A stretch of 64,000 bases of DNA from Octopus vulgaris (lineage: Eukaryota): positions 58,094,001 to 58,158,000 of the forward strand of contig OX597833.1 of NCBI GenBank assembly GCA_951406725.2, in the 5' to 3' direction. Below, in pieces: positions 12,847 to 25,626 of the stretch. Within the stretch, counting starts at the first letter, position 1. Each line of letters starts with the position of its first letter. The notes beneath the pieces were generated by a model, which saw nothing but the letters and a program-made list of their open reading frames with translations, did no database searches and was not told the DNA's origin. A program made the position numbers and the translations under genes.

Positions 12847-13422
12847 TAGTTGATCTAGCAAGTGGGTCCTCATATCAGTGAGTGGGGGGGCAGTGTGCAT
12901 TGATGCCATTGAGAGGTAGGCACCGAAACGGCACGCATTCTCTCCTGATGATCCTATACACTTGCTGGCTTCCAGTATGCCGAGCTCTCGACTGGTAGCA
13001 CTTGCATGTGCAAATAGTTTGCAAAACACACACACGTATATATAAATCCCCAAAAAGGAACAAGAATGCCATAGACGCAAACAACAACAGCAACAGGCAC
13101 AACAACAGTAGTAACAGCAGTGGAGGCGCAATGGCCCAATAGTTAGGGCAGCGGACTCGCAGTCGGAAGATCGCGGTTTCGATTCCCAGACCGGGCGTTG
13201 TGTGTGTTTATTGAGTGAAAGCACCTAAAGCTCCACAAGGCTCTGGCAGGGGGTTGTGGCGACCCCTGTTGTACTCTTTTGCCCCAACTTTCTCTTACTC
13301 TCTCTTCCATCCAGTAACGCTGCGATGGACTGGCATCCCGTCCAGCTGGCGGGGAACATATACGCTACAGAAACTGGGCTCATGAGCCTGGCTAGGCTTG
13401 AAAAGGGCCCAAATATATATAT

Positions 13423-13800
13423 ACTAGCAGTATCGCCCGGCGTTGCTCAGGTTTGTAAGGGAAATAACTATAAAGCATTTTTAGAGAGTTATAGCCAAAA
13501 AATAGCAAAAAAATGGGAAAAAAATGATGGTAAATTTTTTTTTGAGAGTTAAAAAAGGTGGAGTTGCGTCCCCTAGACGGTCTGTGGTTTGGGTTTCTGA
13601 TTCTCGACCCCATGTCGAATTTATCGATTTTTTTCAGAACTGGGGGAACTTTTCAAAATTTTCGCTGCGTTAGTTTTGAATTATGACATTGGGCTATGTG
13701 TGTGTCAAGTTTCATCAGAATCGGTTGAAAGCCGTGGTCAGAGTGAGGGTACGAGAAAACAGACACACAGAAAACGCACAGACAAACTGCCGTTTATATA
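13423..13800 (-). mobile_element. Non-autonomous Helitron-like element
   Basis: On the minus strand it ends in a GC-rich sub-terminal hairpin (CCCGGCGTTGCTCAGG) and CTAGT; the other end has an ACAG-type microsatellite; inserted in TA repeats. Confidence 0.5.
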
Positions 13801-14759
13801 GAGAGAGAAGAGATATATGTGTGTGTGTGTGTGTATCATTTTGTTGTGTGTATGTATGTATGTATGTATGTATTGTTCTGCGTTAATTTGTCCTTTAATC
13901 ACGGCTTAAAGTATTCTTCCATTTACCCTGTCTATTAGCCATAGTGAACTGGGACATCATATATTCAATAACCGTTATGCAAAATTTACGTCTGCATTAT
14001 ATATTCCATGCCAAAAAAAAAAAAAAGAAACACCGTCGTTGTTTTTTATTGTTTTGTCTTTTTAACGGCTATTTTACAATATCTAGCCAAATAAACCTTA
14101 CTTTGGTAAGTTCCACTCGAGCTACGTTCCTTCACACTAAGCTAACTTACTCTTCGATCGGGTTCGATATCGTGGAAATATATTACTAAGTCGTCTTGTT
14201 CAGGGGTGCGGTGAATACAATTGACTGCAAACTCTTGAAAACAACACCTCACTAACTAGCCAACAGGATCTTTCAAAACAATAATTAAAATTAAAAACCC
14301 CGCAATTTTACAATGAACATAACTTTTTTTTAAAATGGCGATCCTTCGGTATAGGTACACACGTGACTTTGTTTACATTTCTGAAGATAAGGGAAACCCT
14401 TTTCTCCACCCCCTAACCCTATCCCCCCCCCCCCATATATTAAAAAAAATCTTTCTTGAAATGTATCCGGTACTTATACCGAAGTTACGCAAAAAAAAAA
14501 AAAAAAAAAAAAAACTTGCGAGCTTTATTGTAATATTTCTTTTAACAAGAGAGACATAAACGAAATAGCTACAACCAAGAATCGAACCTCGTTTGTGGAT
14601 TCAACTGACTGTTTCTTAATTATAATTAATCTCATATATTTTTTATTATTATTTTGCATATCAATGCCAGCATATAGTAGACTTTCGGGTAAAACTGTTT
14701 CCGAAGTAAATTTATGTAATTAATGTCCCCCACTTTTATTTTTGTACACCGCTAATTGT

Positions 14760-16137
14760 GTTATAAATCGCTGACTATAACTGAAATAAGGCTTATGCGG
14801 AAAACCTCGTGTTTGGCGAAGGAAGAGTAGAATTGTCGACTGAGTCAATTATAAAAATTGACCCACTGGGAGTTCTAACGAACGAAGGTAAGAATTGCTT
14901 TCTCACGGTTGTAGCAATAGCAAAAGGGGCAGTATGGAAGACTAGGGTAAAAGGAATTAAGACGGGCAGCTTTATCTCTGGTCACAATTTACGATCCTTT
15001 TTTTTTTTTTTTCTTTTCATTTGAAAAGAAAGCTGTGGCTGGAGAAGTGTCTGTCGGAGTGTACGTTCCAAAAGAGATGGAAGCGTGTTGCACGAGTGTT
15101 GGGCGTGCAAGGAACCGTGTGAATAGACCGGTAAAAAAAAAAAAAAAAAGGTACCAGCGGTAGATTGGGGTTTGTGGGATCGGAGCGTGGCCTGATCATC
15201 GCTTCATTTGTATTGTTTATTCCATTCGATTTTTATATATTGTATTAAATTTCTAAAGCCATATTATACGTAAAACAATATCTATTTCTTTACTACCCAC
15301 AAGGGGCTAAACATAGAGGGGACAAACAAGGACAGACAAAGGGATTAAGTCGATTACATCGACCTCAGTGTGAAACTGGTACTTTATTTATCGACCCCCG
15401 AAAGGACGAAAGGTAAAGTCGACCTCGGCGGAATTTGAACTCGGAACGTAACGGCAGACGAAATACGGATACTCATTTCGCCCGGCGTGCTAACGTTTCT
15501 GCCAGCTCGCCGCCTTTGAACGTAAAACTATATCTATTTCTTTACTACCCACATGGGGCTAAACACAGAGAGGACAAACAAGGACAGACAAAGGGATTAA
15601 GTCGATTACATCGACCCCAGTGCGCAACTGGTACTTACTTTATCGACCCCGAAAGGATGAAAGGCAAAGTCGACCTCGGCGGAATTTGAACTCAGAATGT
15701 AACGGCAGACGAAATACGGCTATGCATTTCGCCCGGCGTGCTAACGTTTCTGCCAGCTCGCCGCCTTTGAACGTAAAATCATATCGTCTCACTGATCCCA
15801 TCAGTTGTCCTGTTTCATTCTATGTTTGCCCCCCCCCCGGTGGGTAATAAAGAAATAGTTATAAATCGCTGACTAAAAACATATCCAAGAATGAATAATG
15901 GAATAAATGTGCTCGGTTAAATAATCTACCAGGTGCCCGTGTGTTAATATGAGTACTGGGAGTTATCTTCCTTTATAAAGCCACGTTATCTGTGTCTCTT
16001 CCACGTGTTTGTCCTGGTTTGGTCATACTTCTATGGTTGGCCTGATCAAGGTGTAGATTAATTGATTAATTGCCAACTGTCCTCGTATTTCTGTTCTAAC
16101 AATACCTGACATTGCCGTACGGTATTGCATGGTAAGT
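14760..16137 (+). promoter_or_regulatory. Candidate promoter / non-coding first exon(s) of RPP25L
   Basis: Locally CpG-richer unique sequence with strong donors GAAG|GTAAGA (14887/14888) and CATG|GTAAGT (16131/16132); the RPP25L ATG exon needs an upstream donor. Confidence 0.35.
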
Positions 16138-16420
16138 ACAGAGTTTTTTTGTTTTTTTTTATCTGAAAGCTATGTCTTTCAACTAAGAAATTAGACAAGT
16201 ATCGCAAATATAACTGCTTACTGCTTTGTTTCTCTCTCTATGTATAATATAATATATTATATATCGGCAATATCCGACCAAAATATTCTGTTTTATTGTT
16301 CAAATCGATTAAATCCCGTCTCTCGCACCCATGCTTCATTGTTATTCTAAAAAAAAATAAGCAAACACCTCGTCAAAATCTCCAAGCAACCAGGCAATGC
16401 ATGGTTAATTCAAACCCATG

Positions 16421-16466
<46 letters not shown>

Positions 16467-16607
16467 GGAGTAAACACATAAATGTGAAACAAGGTGGAAA
16501 AAAGAGTACTCAAATACCAGGGGTAGAGTAATATACTTTATTTAAAAGCAGCAGAAAATTCAACAAACCCTGTTACTCTGAGTTTCACGTTCGCCGGACA
16601 GTTTTTG

Positions 16608-16662
<55 letters not shown>

Positions 16663-16745
16663 AGCAGCTTGAATGCTAAAGGGTTAAACCGTATATTTGT
16701 GACGTCCTACCCGAATACTACCCTAGCATAGATTTACCAAAGTTC

Positions 16746-16835
16746 GGCAGAGGCAAAGAATACGCACTCTACCCGTTTTCGGCGTAAACCTAAACACCAA
16801 ACAAACGGGTGGTGTGCGTATTCTTTACCTTCGCC
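16746..16835. mobile_element. 90-bp mini-MITE (GG termini, 9-bp TSD; Merlin-like)
   Basis: 33-bp imperfect inverted arms around a 24-nt loop; flanks CCAAAGTTC / CAAAAGTTC. Confidence 0.6.
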
Positions 16836-17700
16836 CAAAAGTTCTCGGTTTAGCTTAAGTTGTTGTCTCTGCCATCTTATATCGTTTTGTCGCTCCTTTA
16901 AGTACACAGGACTTCCTGAAATGCCCTTTGCATTCTTTCCTGCTTATCTTGCCCGTTCGTATTGAGAGCAATAAGCTGTCCTACTTGGACACTTAGCTTC
17001 GAAACTCCTCCCCTAGGTACGGTATATAACGCTAAACATTGGGTTCATGTTTGAATTGTCGAAAGAACTATTCAATTTTGTTTTTCTTTTCTGTAATAGA
17101 TACAATAGGCTTTGTCAGTAGTTTGCTTGGGGGAAAAGTCTAACGTTCTGAGTTCAAATTCCGCCGAGGTCGACTTTGCCTTTCACCCTTTCGGGGTCGA
17201 TAAATTAAGTACCAGTTACGCACTGGGGTCGATGTAATCGACTTAATCCCCTTGTCTGTCCTTGTTTGTCCCCTCTATGTTTAGCCCCTTGTGGGCAATA
17301 AAGAAATAAATATTGTTTAGGCTCAAAGAAATGACAACCATACGAGAACTTATTTCATTCGAAACTTGATACTTTGTAGCTACGGAGTAAAGTGAAATAT
17401 CGGCTGTGAACAAACAAAATGGGTAGAAAAAGATAAACTCTATGCTTTTTTTTTTTTTTTGTGTGTGTACTCAGTTTTTTCCTTGTTACAAAACTTTCTG
17501 AAGTTTGACCTTTATCCTTTTATTTCACCCCCACAGACATGTGACGGAAGTAAACTAGAAGTTTTTAAAAACAAGTGGCTTGGTTTTCCTTAAAAGTGTA
17601 TATATCTGTTGAAGAATATGGTAACCACTTGCTCCGACTTGATGGAACGGTGACCACCACTACTATATATTAAGTTTATCTCGGGCTACAGTGTTTTAAG

Positions 17701-17943
17701 GGTACTATTTAAGAAGAGTGGTCCCGGTGCGCGCACTCGCGCATCTGCGCTAGCTAGTCGTGACTAGTTGATCCTTACTTTGTGTTTTATTTACTTTGTT
17801 TAAAAAAATTTACTTTTGTGTTTTTGTTTTATTTACTTTGTTTTAAAAATTATTGGGGATCCTTCGGTATACGCACTGTAAGTGACTTTGTTTACATTTC
17901 TGAAGATAACAGAAACCTTTTTCTTTCACCCCTAACTCCAACT

Positions 17944-17987
<44 letters not shown>

Positions 17988-18573
17988 AAAACTTGGCAAT
18001 CTTTCGTCTCTAGTAGACCTTTCCGTCGATTTCCGTAAAAAAAATTTTTTTTTTTACATATGGGCTTGCGGGAACTTTTGAAGTAATGAGAGCGAAAGAG
18101 ACTAAGAGAAAGCGATTGTATGACGAGGGAAGTTCTTTTGAAGTTACCGTGCACGGGAAACATTGATGTACATGTGTGTGTGTGTTTGATGGGGTGTGGG
18201 AGACAGACAGTATGTTGTGTAAGTGAAGTGCTTCTGTTAGTGTGTGTGAAAGAAAGAGATAACTGAAAATTTTTACTCGGTGTATGTGTATATGTATGTA
18301 TATTACTTCAAAAGTTCCCGCAAGCCCATATGTAAAAAAAAAATTTTTTTACGGAAATCGACGGAAAGGTCTACTAGAGACGAAAGATCGCCAAAAACTT
18401 TCTTGAAATGTATCCGGTACTTCCGGTACGTATACCGAAGTTACGCCAAGTTATTTACTTTGTTTAAAAAAAAATTCACTTTGCTGGGTAGTCGTTGTAG
18501 GATCGACTAGTCACGACTAGCTGGCGCGAGTACGCGAGTGCACGCACCGGGACCACTCTTCTAAAATAGTACC
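17701..18573. mobile_element. 873-bp MITE with long TIRs and internal inverted repeats (Merlin-like)
   Basis: TIR GGTACTATTT(A/T)AGAAGAGTGGTCCCGGTGCG; perfect 9-bp TSD TGTTTTAAG (17692-17700, 18574-18582); inner inverted pair ~17990-18086 / 18302-18398. A related fragment lies at ~14330-14490. Confidence 0.85.
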
Positions 18574-19274
18574 TGTTTTAAGATTATAAAATGTAATCTG
18601 AGGAACATACGGCGGTTTCCTTAGAGGAGGTGGGTGGATCGTGGGGTGAGAATTTTGCTATTGCCTCCTTTTGTTTACTGTTCATCACTCGAACTATTTT
18701 CGCACTTGGTAGACTTTCTTCCTTCAAATTTGATCTTGAATTCATGTATCTGCTGTTTATCGCTTTCTGTTCACTTTCTTAGACAAGCAGATGTTACTTG
18801 TTTAGAGACAGCAAATGATCTTTGATGCTATTTGTTTGCCATGAGTGCTATTCAGCTCTGCTTTAGCGTAATTTGGCGTAACTTCGGTATACGTACCGGA
18901 AGTACTGGATACATTTCAAGAAAGTTTAAAAAATTTTTTTTTATATATGGGGGTTAGGGGTGGGAGAAAAGGGTTTCTGTTATCTTCAGAAATGTAAAGA
19001 AAGCCACTTATGGTACGCATACCGAAGGATCACCAATAATTTTTAAAACAAAGTAAATAAAACAAAAACACAAAGTAAGGATCAACTAGTCACGACTGGC
19101 GCACCGGGACCACTCTTCTTAAATAGTACCCTTAAAACCCTGTAGTCCGAGATAAACTTAATATGTAGTAGTGGTCACCTTTAGCTGTTAGATAAACTGA
19201 TATAGTTACAAGGATATCTGGTCCCGATTTCTAGCAAGTGAAGTGACTACATATTGGGCCTATGGTAAGGAAAA

Positions 19275-19677
19275 GGATCTTTTCGGTTTGAACGGCAGTT
19301 TTTTCTAGCAGTGTCATATGAAATTGTCACCTATAATTATGACCCCAGTATCGATCCATTGCATTTCAATCTGTGTTAGGGGTGGGGGGAAGGGTATCTT
19401 TTTTTTCTTCAGAAATGTAAATAAACCCAATCTGTTTCTTAAACGAGGGACATATTCATACGCTAGAGAATGTTTTTTTTACCTCAATAGACGTCAGTGA
19501 TTGGTTGAAATTGCAGAAATTGAAGAAAAAAAAAATTACAAATATCTCACAAACTATAGAATTTTCTCAATAAAGCCAAGAGAAAAAGATGTTTTATAAA
19601 CACATTCTACCAGTATATGAAGTTTAAAAGTGTTTAGTTATGTGGAAATTATTTTAAAAAACTGCCGTTCAAACCAG
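19275..19677. mobile_element. Second copy of the GGATC MITE, right end truncated
   Basis: Near-identical to 32080-32485; the right TIR is cut at AAACTGCCGTTCAAACC. Confidence 0.8.
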
Positions 19678-20054
19678 TTAACCGCTCTGTCAATGATCAT
19701 GCTCGGGTGGTGCTCTTTGCACCCTGCTAGCATGGACGCCAATCATCGAATTTGAATTTGATTTTGAGTTTTTCATTACCAATATTAGTTTCAGTGCTCA
19801 CACAAACGGGCTTCCACACAGTTTCCATCTACCAAGTTCACTCACCAAGGCATTTGTTGGCTCAGGGCTATCGAAGACACTTGCCAAAGGTGCTGTGTTC
19901 TTAGACTGAACCCAAAATCGCATGCCTGCAAAGCAAGCTGCTTAACCACACGACCAATGTTTGTGCCTATAAAACTGATTTTTTTTTCTCTTTTCTCATT
20001 CAAAACTAAATTTTTGCTTTCCCTATTCTCAACAGCTCTCTTCCATATCAAAAC

Positions 20055-20201
20055 ATGGAAAACTACACTAAAGGAGATGTTGTCACGGTCGAGGAGTCTA
20101 AAGGCCCCCATTTGGAATTACAGAAAGACGATATTGTTATGACTGTCCACTATGGCAGTAAGATACGTAATTTAATTGGACTTGCTTTGAACAAAATGCA
20201 G
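20055..20201 (+). CDS. RPP25L: RNase P/MRP subunit p25-like (Alba domain), coding exon 1
   Basis: MENYTKGDVVTVEESKGPHLELQKDDIVMTVHYGSKIRNLIGLALNKMQ, with MENY.K and GSKIRNLxGxAL typical of RPP25/RPP25L. Donor CAG|GTTTGT. An acceptor at 20034-20035 implies an upstream 5'UTR exon. Confidence 0.92.
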
Positions 20202-20298
20202 GTTTGTAGCTTTCTGTTTTTTCTACTATTATATATTTTACCAAAATCAGTAATATTGTATTTCTAAATACCCCATAGAGATATGTACGGTGGTGGAG

Positions 20299-21435
20299 CG
20301 ATAGAGTGGTTGTATACTGTCAACTTAACGTGACAGTCCCGTAAGGGAATTACACCACCGCTGTTGAGCCCTAAGAAGCACTGAATGCTTCCTGTCGGCC
20401 TCGATACATTTCCTGTGTCCTTATTTATTTACGAAGGGGAGACAAACACCCCCAACAGCTAGGCCTGCATCTAGAGACACGCATGTTTCTGGGTCTTTGC
20501 CCATCATCGGTCTAGAGTAGCAGAGGCCTGCTAGCTGAAGATATCTGTCTAGACTTCATAAATATATATATATATATATATATTGTTATATTTCGGAATG
20601 GTCATATTGCCAGTTTAGCCAATAAAAACACACGCACTATATATTTGGTGTTATTTTGCTTCAGTGATATTTATTTTTTACATTAATCTTAATCTTATTT
20701 CGGCCAAAGTTCTTTCGTCACACTCCTGTGACCGCATCAGTGGTCCTTTTTCTTCTCACTTACTTGTGTCTCTCCTTACTAACCGTCAGCCATTTTATAT
20801 TTCTATTGTATGTCTTCATTTGCGCATGCTTATATCTCTATGTGCGTCTATGTTTATTTAGTGTGTGTGTGGGGGGGATGCCTGTAATATTTGTATCTTC
20901 TGGTTATATACATTCTTGTAATTTGTATTTTGTTTTTGTTGTTGTTGCTTTTGTTCTAATTTTGTTCATGTGTTTACATCCACCCATTATTATCATTACA
21001 TATGCTTGTATGTATGTATAACAACAATATTAGTAATAATAATAATAAATCTAATGGAAAAAATATATATATATATATTTTTTTTCATTTATTTATTTAT
21101 TTTCAGTGAAGTTTATTCACTGATCCCCAAATTAGAAATATTAAATTTCTAAATATCTCAGAGATATGTAAGGCAAAATAGACCGATAGAATAAGTACTG
21201 GGCTTACAAAAGAATAAGTCCCGGGGTCGAGTTGCTCGATTAAAGGCAGTGCTCCAGCATGGCTGCAGTCAAATGACTGAAACAAGTAAAAGAGTGGTGG
21301 AGCGTAAATATATAAGGACACAGGAAATGTGTCAAGGCTGACAGGAAGTGTTGATGCTTCCTAGGGCTAAACAGCGGTGGTGTAATTCCCTTTACGGGAC
21401 TGTCACGTTATGTTGACAGTATACAACCACTCTAT
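20299..21435. mobile_element. Inverted repeat pair (~20299-20430 / ~21310-21435) with an adjacent hammerhead, in RPP25L intron 1
   Basis: ATAGAGTGGTTGTATACTGTCAAC...GTGTCCTTAT is reverse-complemented about 1 kb downstream. Confidence 0.65.
20461..20529 (-). ncRNA. Type I hammerhead ribozyme-like motif
   Basis: Minus strand: TCTAGA-CCGATGA-TGGG(caaaga)CCCA-GAA-ACA(tgcg)TGT-C^TCTAGA. All three stems pair and there is a GUC cleavage triplet; the core reads CCGAUGA instead of CUGAUGA. Confidence 0.6.
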
Positions 21436-23429
21436 ATTTTACCATATTTCTGAAATAAATTTTGAAATTTTTTCAGTCATCTGTATTTTCAAACATGGAA
21501 TTGCCCAGCCTCTACAAAAAAAGTTCATGAGGTGGGGAAATAAACATTTTTGTGAAAGTGTTCTTTCCATTGCTAAAAGTATTGGAATCCAAAGAAATAG
21601 AGCAGGGTGACAGCATTACTTTCACTTTCATTTTGTGATCACAAACTGAAAGAATGCCAAAAATATTTTGGCTACAATCATTGAGTTTGGTTTTCAACAT
21701 GCTGTTAAGTTGGATGTGATTTAAGGAAAACTTGATTGCTATGTCTAGCATATCGAGTAACCATGTAGTTGCTATCAGGTCGACTCTAGTGTTTGTCAAA
21801 TTTCATAAGGTATAAATTGGAAATTGTACTAGTTCTTTCCCTTCAATATACTACCCCTGTCAATTTTCCATCTTTGACCTAATACTTATTGAAGAGCAAT
21901 GGTTTTGTTTCATCATCATCATCGTTTAATGTCCGCTTTCCATGCTAGCATGGGTTGGACGAATGACTGAGGGCTGGCGAACCAGTGAAATGGCAGTTTC
22001 TACAGCTGGATGCCCATCCTAATACCAAACACTCCGAGAGTGTAGCGGGTGCTTTTACGTGCCACCGGCACGGGGCCAGTAAGACGATGCTGGTAATGAT
22101 CACGCTCAAATGGTGCCTTTTAAGTGCTACTGGCATGGAAGCCAGTTAGCCGCTCAGTCAATGATCACACTCGTATGGTGCTCTTTGCACCCCACTAGCA
22201 CGGACGCCAGTCATCGAATTTGATTTTGATTTTTGATTTCAATTTGGAAAATAATGAACTTAGTAAAAATTTGCCATTTATTAAAGTGGCTTGGGACACG
22301 ATTTTATTCATAAGGTTTTTGATTGAAATCCTTTTTTAAAATAGGACTAATTGTTGTCTAGACTTGTTTTAAGATTAATCCTCACTGTTATATTCAGCTG
22401 CTTATTTTAAAATGACTATATTTAAATTAAAGCCTTGCATCATCGTTTAACGTCCGCTTTCCATGCTAGCATGGGTTGGACGAATGACTGAGGGCTGGTG
22501 AACCAGATGGCTGCACCAGGCTTCAATCTTGATCTAGCAGAGTTTCTACAGCTGGATGCCCTTCCTAACGCCAACCACTCCGAGAGTGTAGTGGGTGCCT
22601 TTTATGTGCCACCGGCACAAGGGCCAGTCAGTCGATGCTGGCAACGACCTCGCTCAAATCTTTTACACATGCCACCGGCACAGGTGCCAGTAAGGCGATG
22701 CTGGTAACGATCATGCTCGAATGGTGTCTTTTACATGCCAACCTTACATTATATATCTCTCTCTTTTTACTCTTTTTACTTGTTTCAGTCATTTGACTGC
22801 GGCCATGCTGGAGCACCGCCTTTAGTCGAGCAAATCGACCCCGGGACTTATTCTTTGTAAGCCCAGTACTTATTCTGTCTCTTTTGCCGAACTGCTAAGG
22901 GACGGGGACGTAAACATACCAGCATCGGTTGTCAAGCAATGCTAGGGGGACGAACACACACATTCATATATATAAATATATATATATATATATTATATAC
23001 ATATATACGACGGGCTTCTTTCAGTTTCCGTCTACCAAATCCACTCACAAGGCTTTGGTCGGCCCGAGGCTATAGTAGAAGACACTTGCCCAAGATGCCA
23101 CGAAGTGGGACTGAACCCGGAACCATGTGGTTGGTAAGCAAGCTACTTACCACACAGCCACTCCTGCACCTATATGTAAGAATTTTAAGTGGTATTCCAA
23201 AAGCTATTAATATCAGTTTATGAAATATAAGTATCTTAAATTACTCCCAATTAAGATTAATTGAATCTTAGAATAGTGCATTTCTATAGCAGTGTGGACA
23301 TTGTTGAGGATTTGACATTTAAAGAATTTTTGGAATTGCCTACTTGCATCCTGCTCCCTTAAGTTTTTGTCAAGCATCCTGATGGAACTTGGCTTGCAGT
23401 TCTGTTAATTTCTGTTTTTATCATTGTAG

Positions 23430-23522
23430 AATTCCAATACGAAACGGATAGTTTGGACTGGAAGTGGTCCAGCAATCACGAAGACGATCACCTGTGCCGA
23501 GATTATGAAACACAAGATAGAG
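23430..23522 (+). CDS. RPP25L: RPP25-like coding exon 2
   Basis: TTGTAG acceptor; NSNTKRIVWTGSGPAITKTITCAEIMKHKIE (Alba GSG.A..K.I.CAEI.K motif); GAG|GT donor, phase 0. Confidence 0.92.
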
Positions 23523-23606
23523 GTTGAAAGATTTTAATTTTATAAATGGCAATTTATTAAATTTTTATATTCTTGTTATTAAGGGATCTTTTTAACTTTA
23601 TTTCAG

Positions 23607-23641
23607 GGCCTTCATCAATTGAACAAACTGGCATATGAAAG
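23607..23641 (+). CDS. RPP25L: RPP25-like coding exon 3 (35 nt)
   Basis: TTTCAG acceptor; GLHQLNKLAYE(R), the conserved GLHQ motif; AG|GTAAAT donor, phase 2. Confidence 0.9.
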
Positions 23642-24944
23642 GTAAATTCATGTAATTCATGTTTCTGAAAACCTTAACAATTTTGTTACCATTTCTGCTT
23701 TACTCAATTTTCAATATGAGCTCTTTGAAAAGGTTCAGTTAAAATAGTTTTTATTGGAGCATTAACCTTAGATTGTGTGGAGCCATAACTATATTAGCCA
23801 AGTTAGGTGGTCAGTTGGCAGAAATGTTAGCAAGCCGGACAAAATTTTAAAGGCAGCGAGCCTTTAATCCACTAGTAATCCACTCAGCTTATACAAGCTC
23901 TTTCTGGTATGGGTGGTTTTTGAAAATTGTCTTTTCCTTGTTGGATTAATTTATGATCTACTGTAATCACTGCAGTGGCCAGTATGATCATCAGTTAGAA
24001 TATGCTATTTGTGTGTAACTGAATTGGTTAGTTGTAAAGTTTGTATGGTCAGCAGTGCAATACATTAAAGTAGCTAAACTTCCCCCTCACCATCTCCCTT
24101 ACTTTAATTCCTTCGTTACCTTTTAGCCATGTACAACACACACATAGCCACTCTAATTCTGGCTAGTGTTGAACCACTTTTTTGTGTCTACATTCTTTGG
24201 AAAGCCTTTTATTTACCCATTTCCACAAGGGCTGCAGGCGCTTAATCATAAGGAGTCCCTCCTTTTACTTTGACCATATGTCCCAGCTTTCAAAGAGAAG
24301 GCATAATATAACCCACTATGTACTTTGAGCTGTGTCGGTGGCATCTATAAAAAGATTCGAGCGAGGTCATTGCCAGTCCCGCCTGACTGGCCCCCGTGCC
24401 GGTGGCAAGTAAAAAGCACCCGTTACACTCTCGGAGTGGTTGGCATTAAGAAGGGCATCCAGCTGTAGAAACTCTGCCAAATCAAGACTGGAGCCTAGTG
24501 CAGCCATCTGGTTCGCCTGCCCTCAAGTCAAAACTGTCCAACCCATGCTAGCATGGGAAACGGACGTTAAATGATGATGATGATGATGATGATAATGTAT
24601 ACATTTGTGTGTATTAACAGTGTTATGTAGAGTATTGCGGTTGTTGATCCATTTTTACCGAAATGAGTCTGAAAGTAGGTATTAAGGGATGGACATGTTT
24701 TGGTTCCAAAATAATTTGCATGTAGCACCTTTCACAGGTAAACGGTAGATTCTTTGTTCTATTGGATGTTAATTCTTCCCCTTGTCTCATATTGAGTTGG
24801 GTGAGAAATTCTCAAATAGCTTAGAAACTGACTAGAGCTGTTTCCTGCACTATATGACTTGTAATTCTTCTACATATTCCACTGCCAAATAAGTTTGTAA
24901 TTCTTTGAGTGAGGTTTCAATGTATTTCAAATTCTCATTTTTAG

Positions 24945-24986
24945 AGTCAAAGAATCTTGGCTGCCCAAGATAAAAGGACTTGAAAA
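24945..24986 (+). CDS. RPP25L: RPP25-like coding exon 4 (42 nt)
   Basis: TTTTTAG acceptor; VKESWLPKIKGLE(K), the E.W.P...GL motif; AA|GTAAGT donor. Confidence 0.88.
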
Positions 24987-25160
24987 GTAAGTTAATTGTA
25001 TTTATACTCAGTAACTGTGAGGTTTGTCCAACTAATTGTCTTGCTAGTTCAATCCTTACCTCATTGTTGTACTCTTGGATTAAGGCATCTAACCTCTTCG
25101 TCCGATAATTTAATTTGTAATATTTGTGTTAGATTTAATGCAATTAAAATAGTGTTTTAA

Positions 25161-25626
25161 CCCTTTCATTACTGTATTTATTTTGAGATGCTCTGTGTTT
25201 CTTTTAATTAATTTTAAACATAACAAATAATTTAGAAAAATAACTTGGTTATCATTAAGCTAGAGTTAGGAACATAAATTGTGACTAAGGTTGGTGGAAG
25301 ATTTTTATTCAGAACTTATGACAACAGGACATTTGTACTACAGAGCCAGAAGTGGTTTCAGCTGGGTTGGTATTAAAAGGGTTAAAAATTGTTTTTCTGT
25401 TATGTATTTTAACCCATTTGTTACAGTATTTATTTTGAGATGCTCTGTGTTTCTTTCAATTACTTTAAATATAACAAAGAATTTAGTAAAATAACTTAAT
25501 TATCATTAGGCTAGGAACATAATTCTGACTAAGGTTTAGTGGAAGATTTTAATTCAAAACTTATGAAAACAAGACATTTGTACTATAGAGCCAGAGCTGG
25601 CTTCAGCCAGGTTGGTAATGAAAGGG
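25161..25626. mobile_element. Two tandem piggyBac-type MITEs (25161-25381, 25413-25626)
   Basis: TTAA|CCC...GGG|TTAA ends, ~215-220 bp, same internal sequence. Confidence 0.8.
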
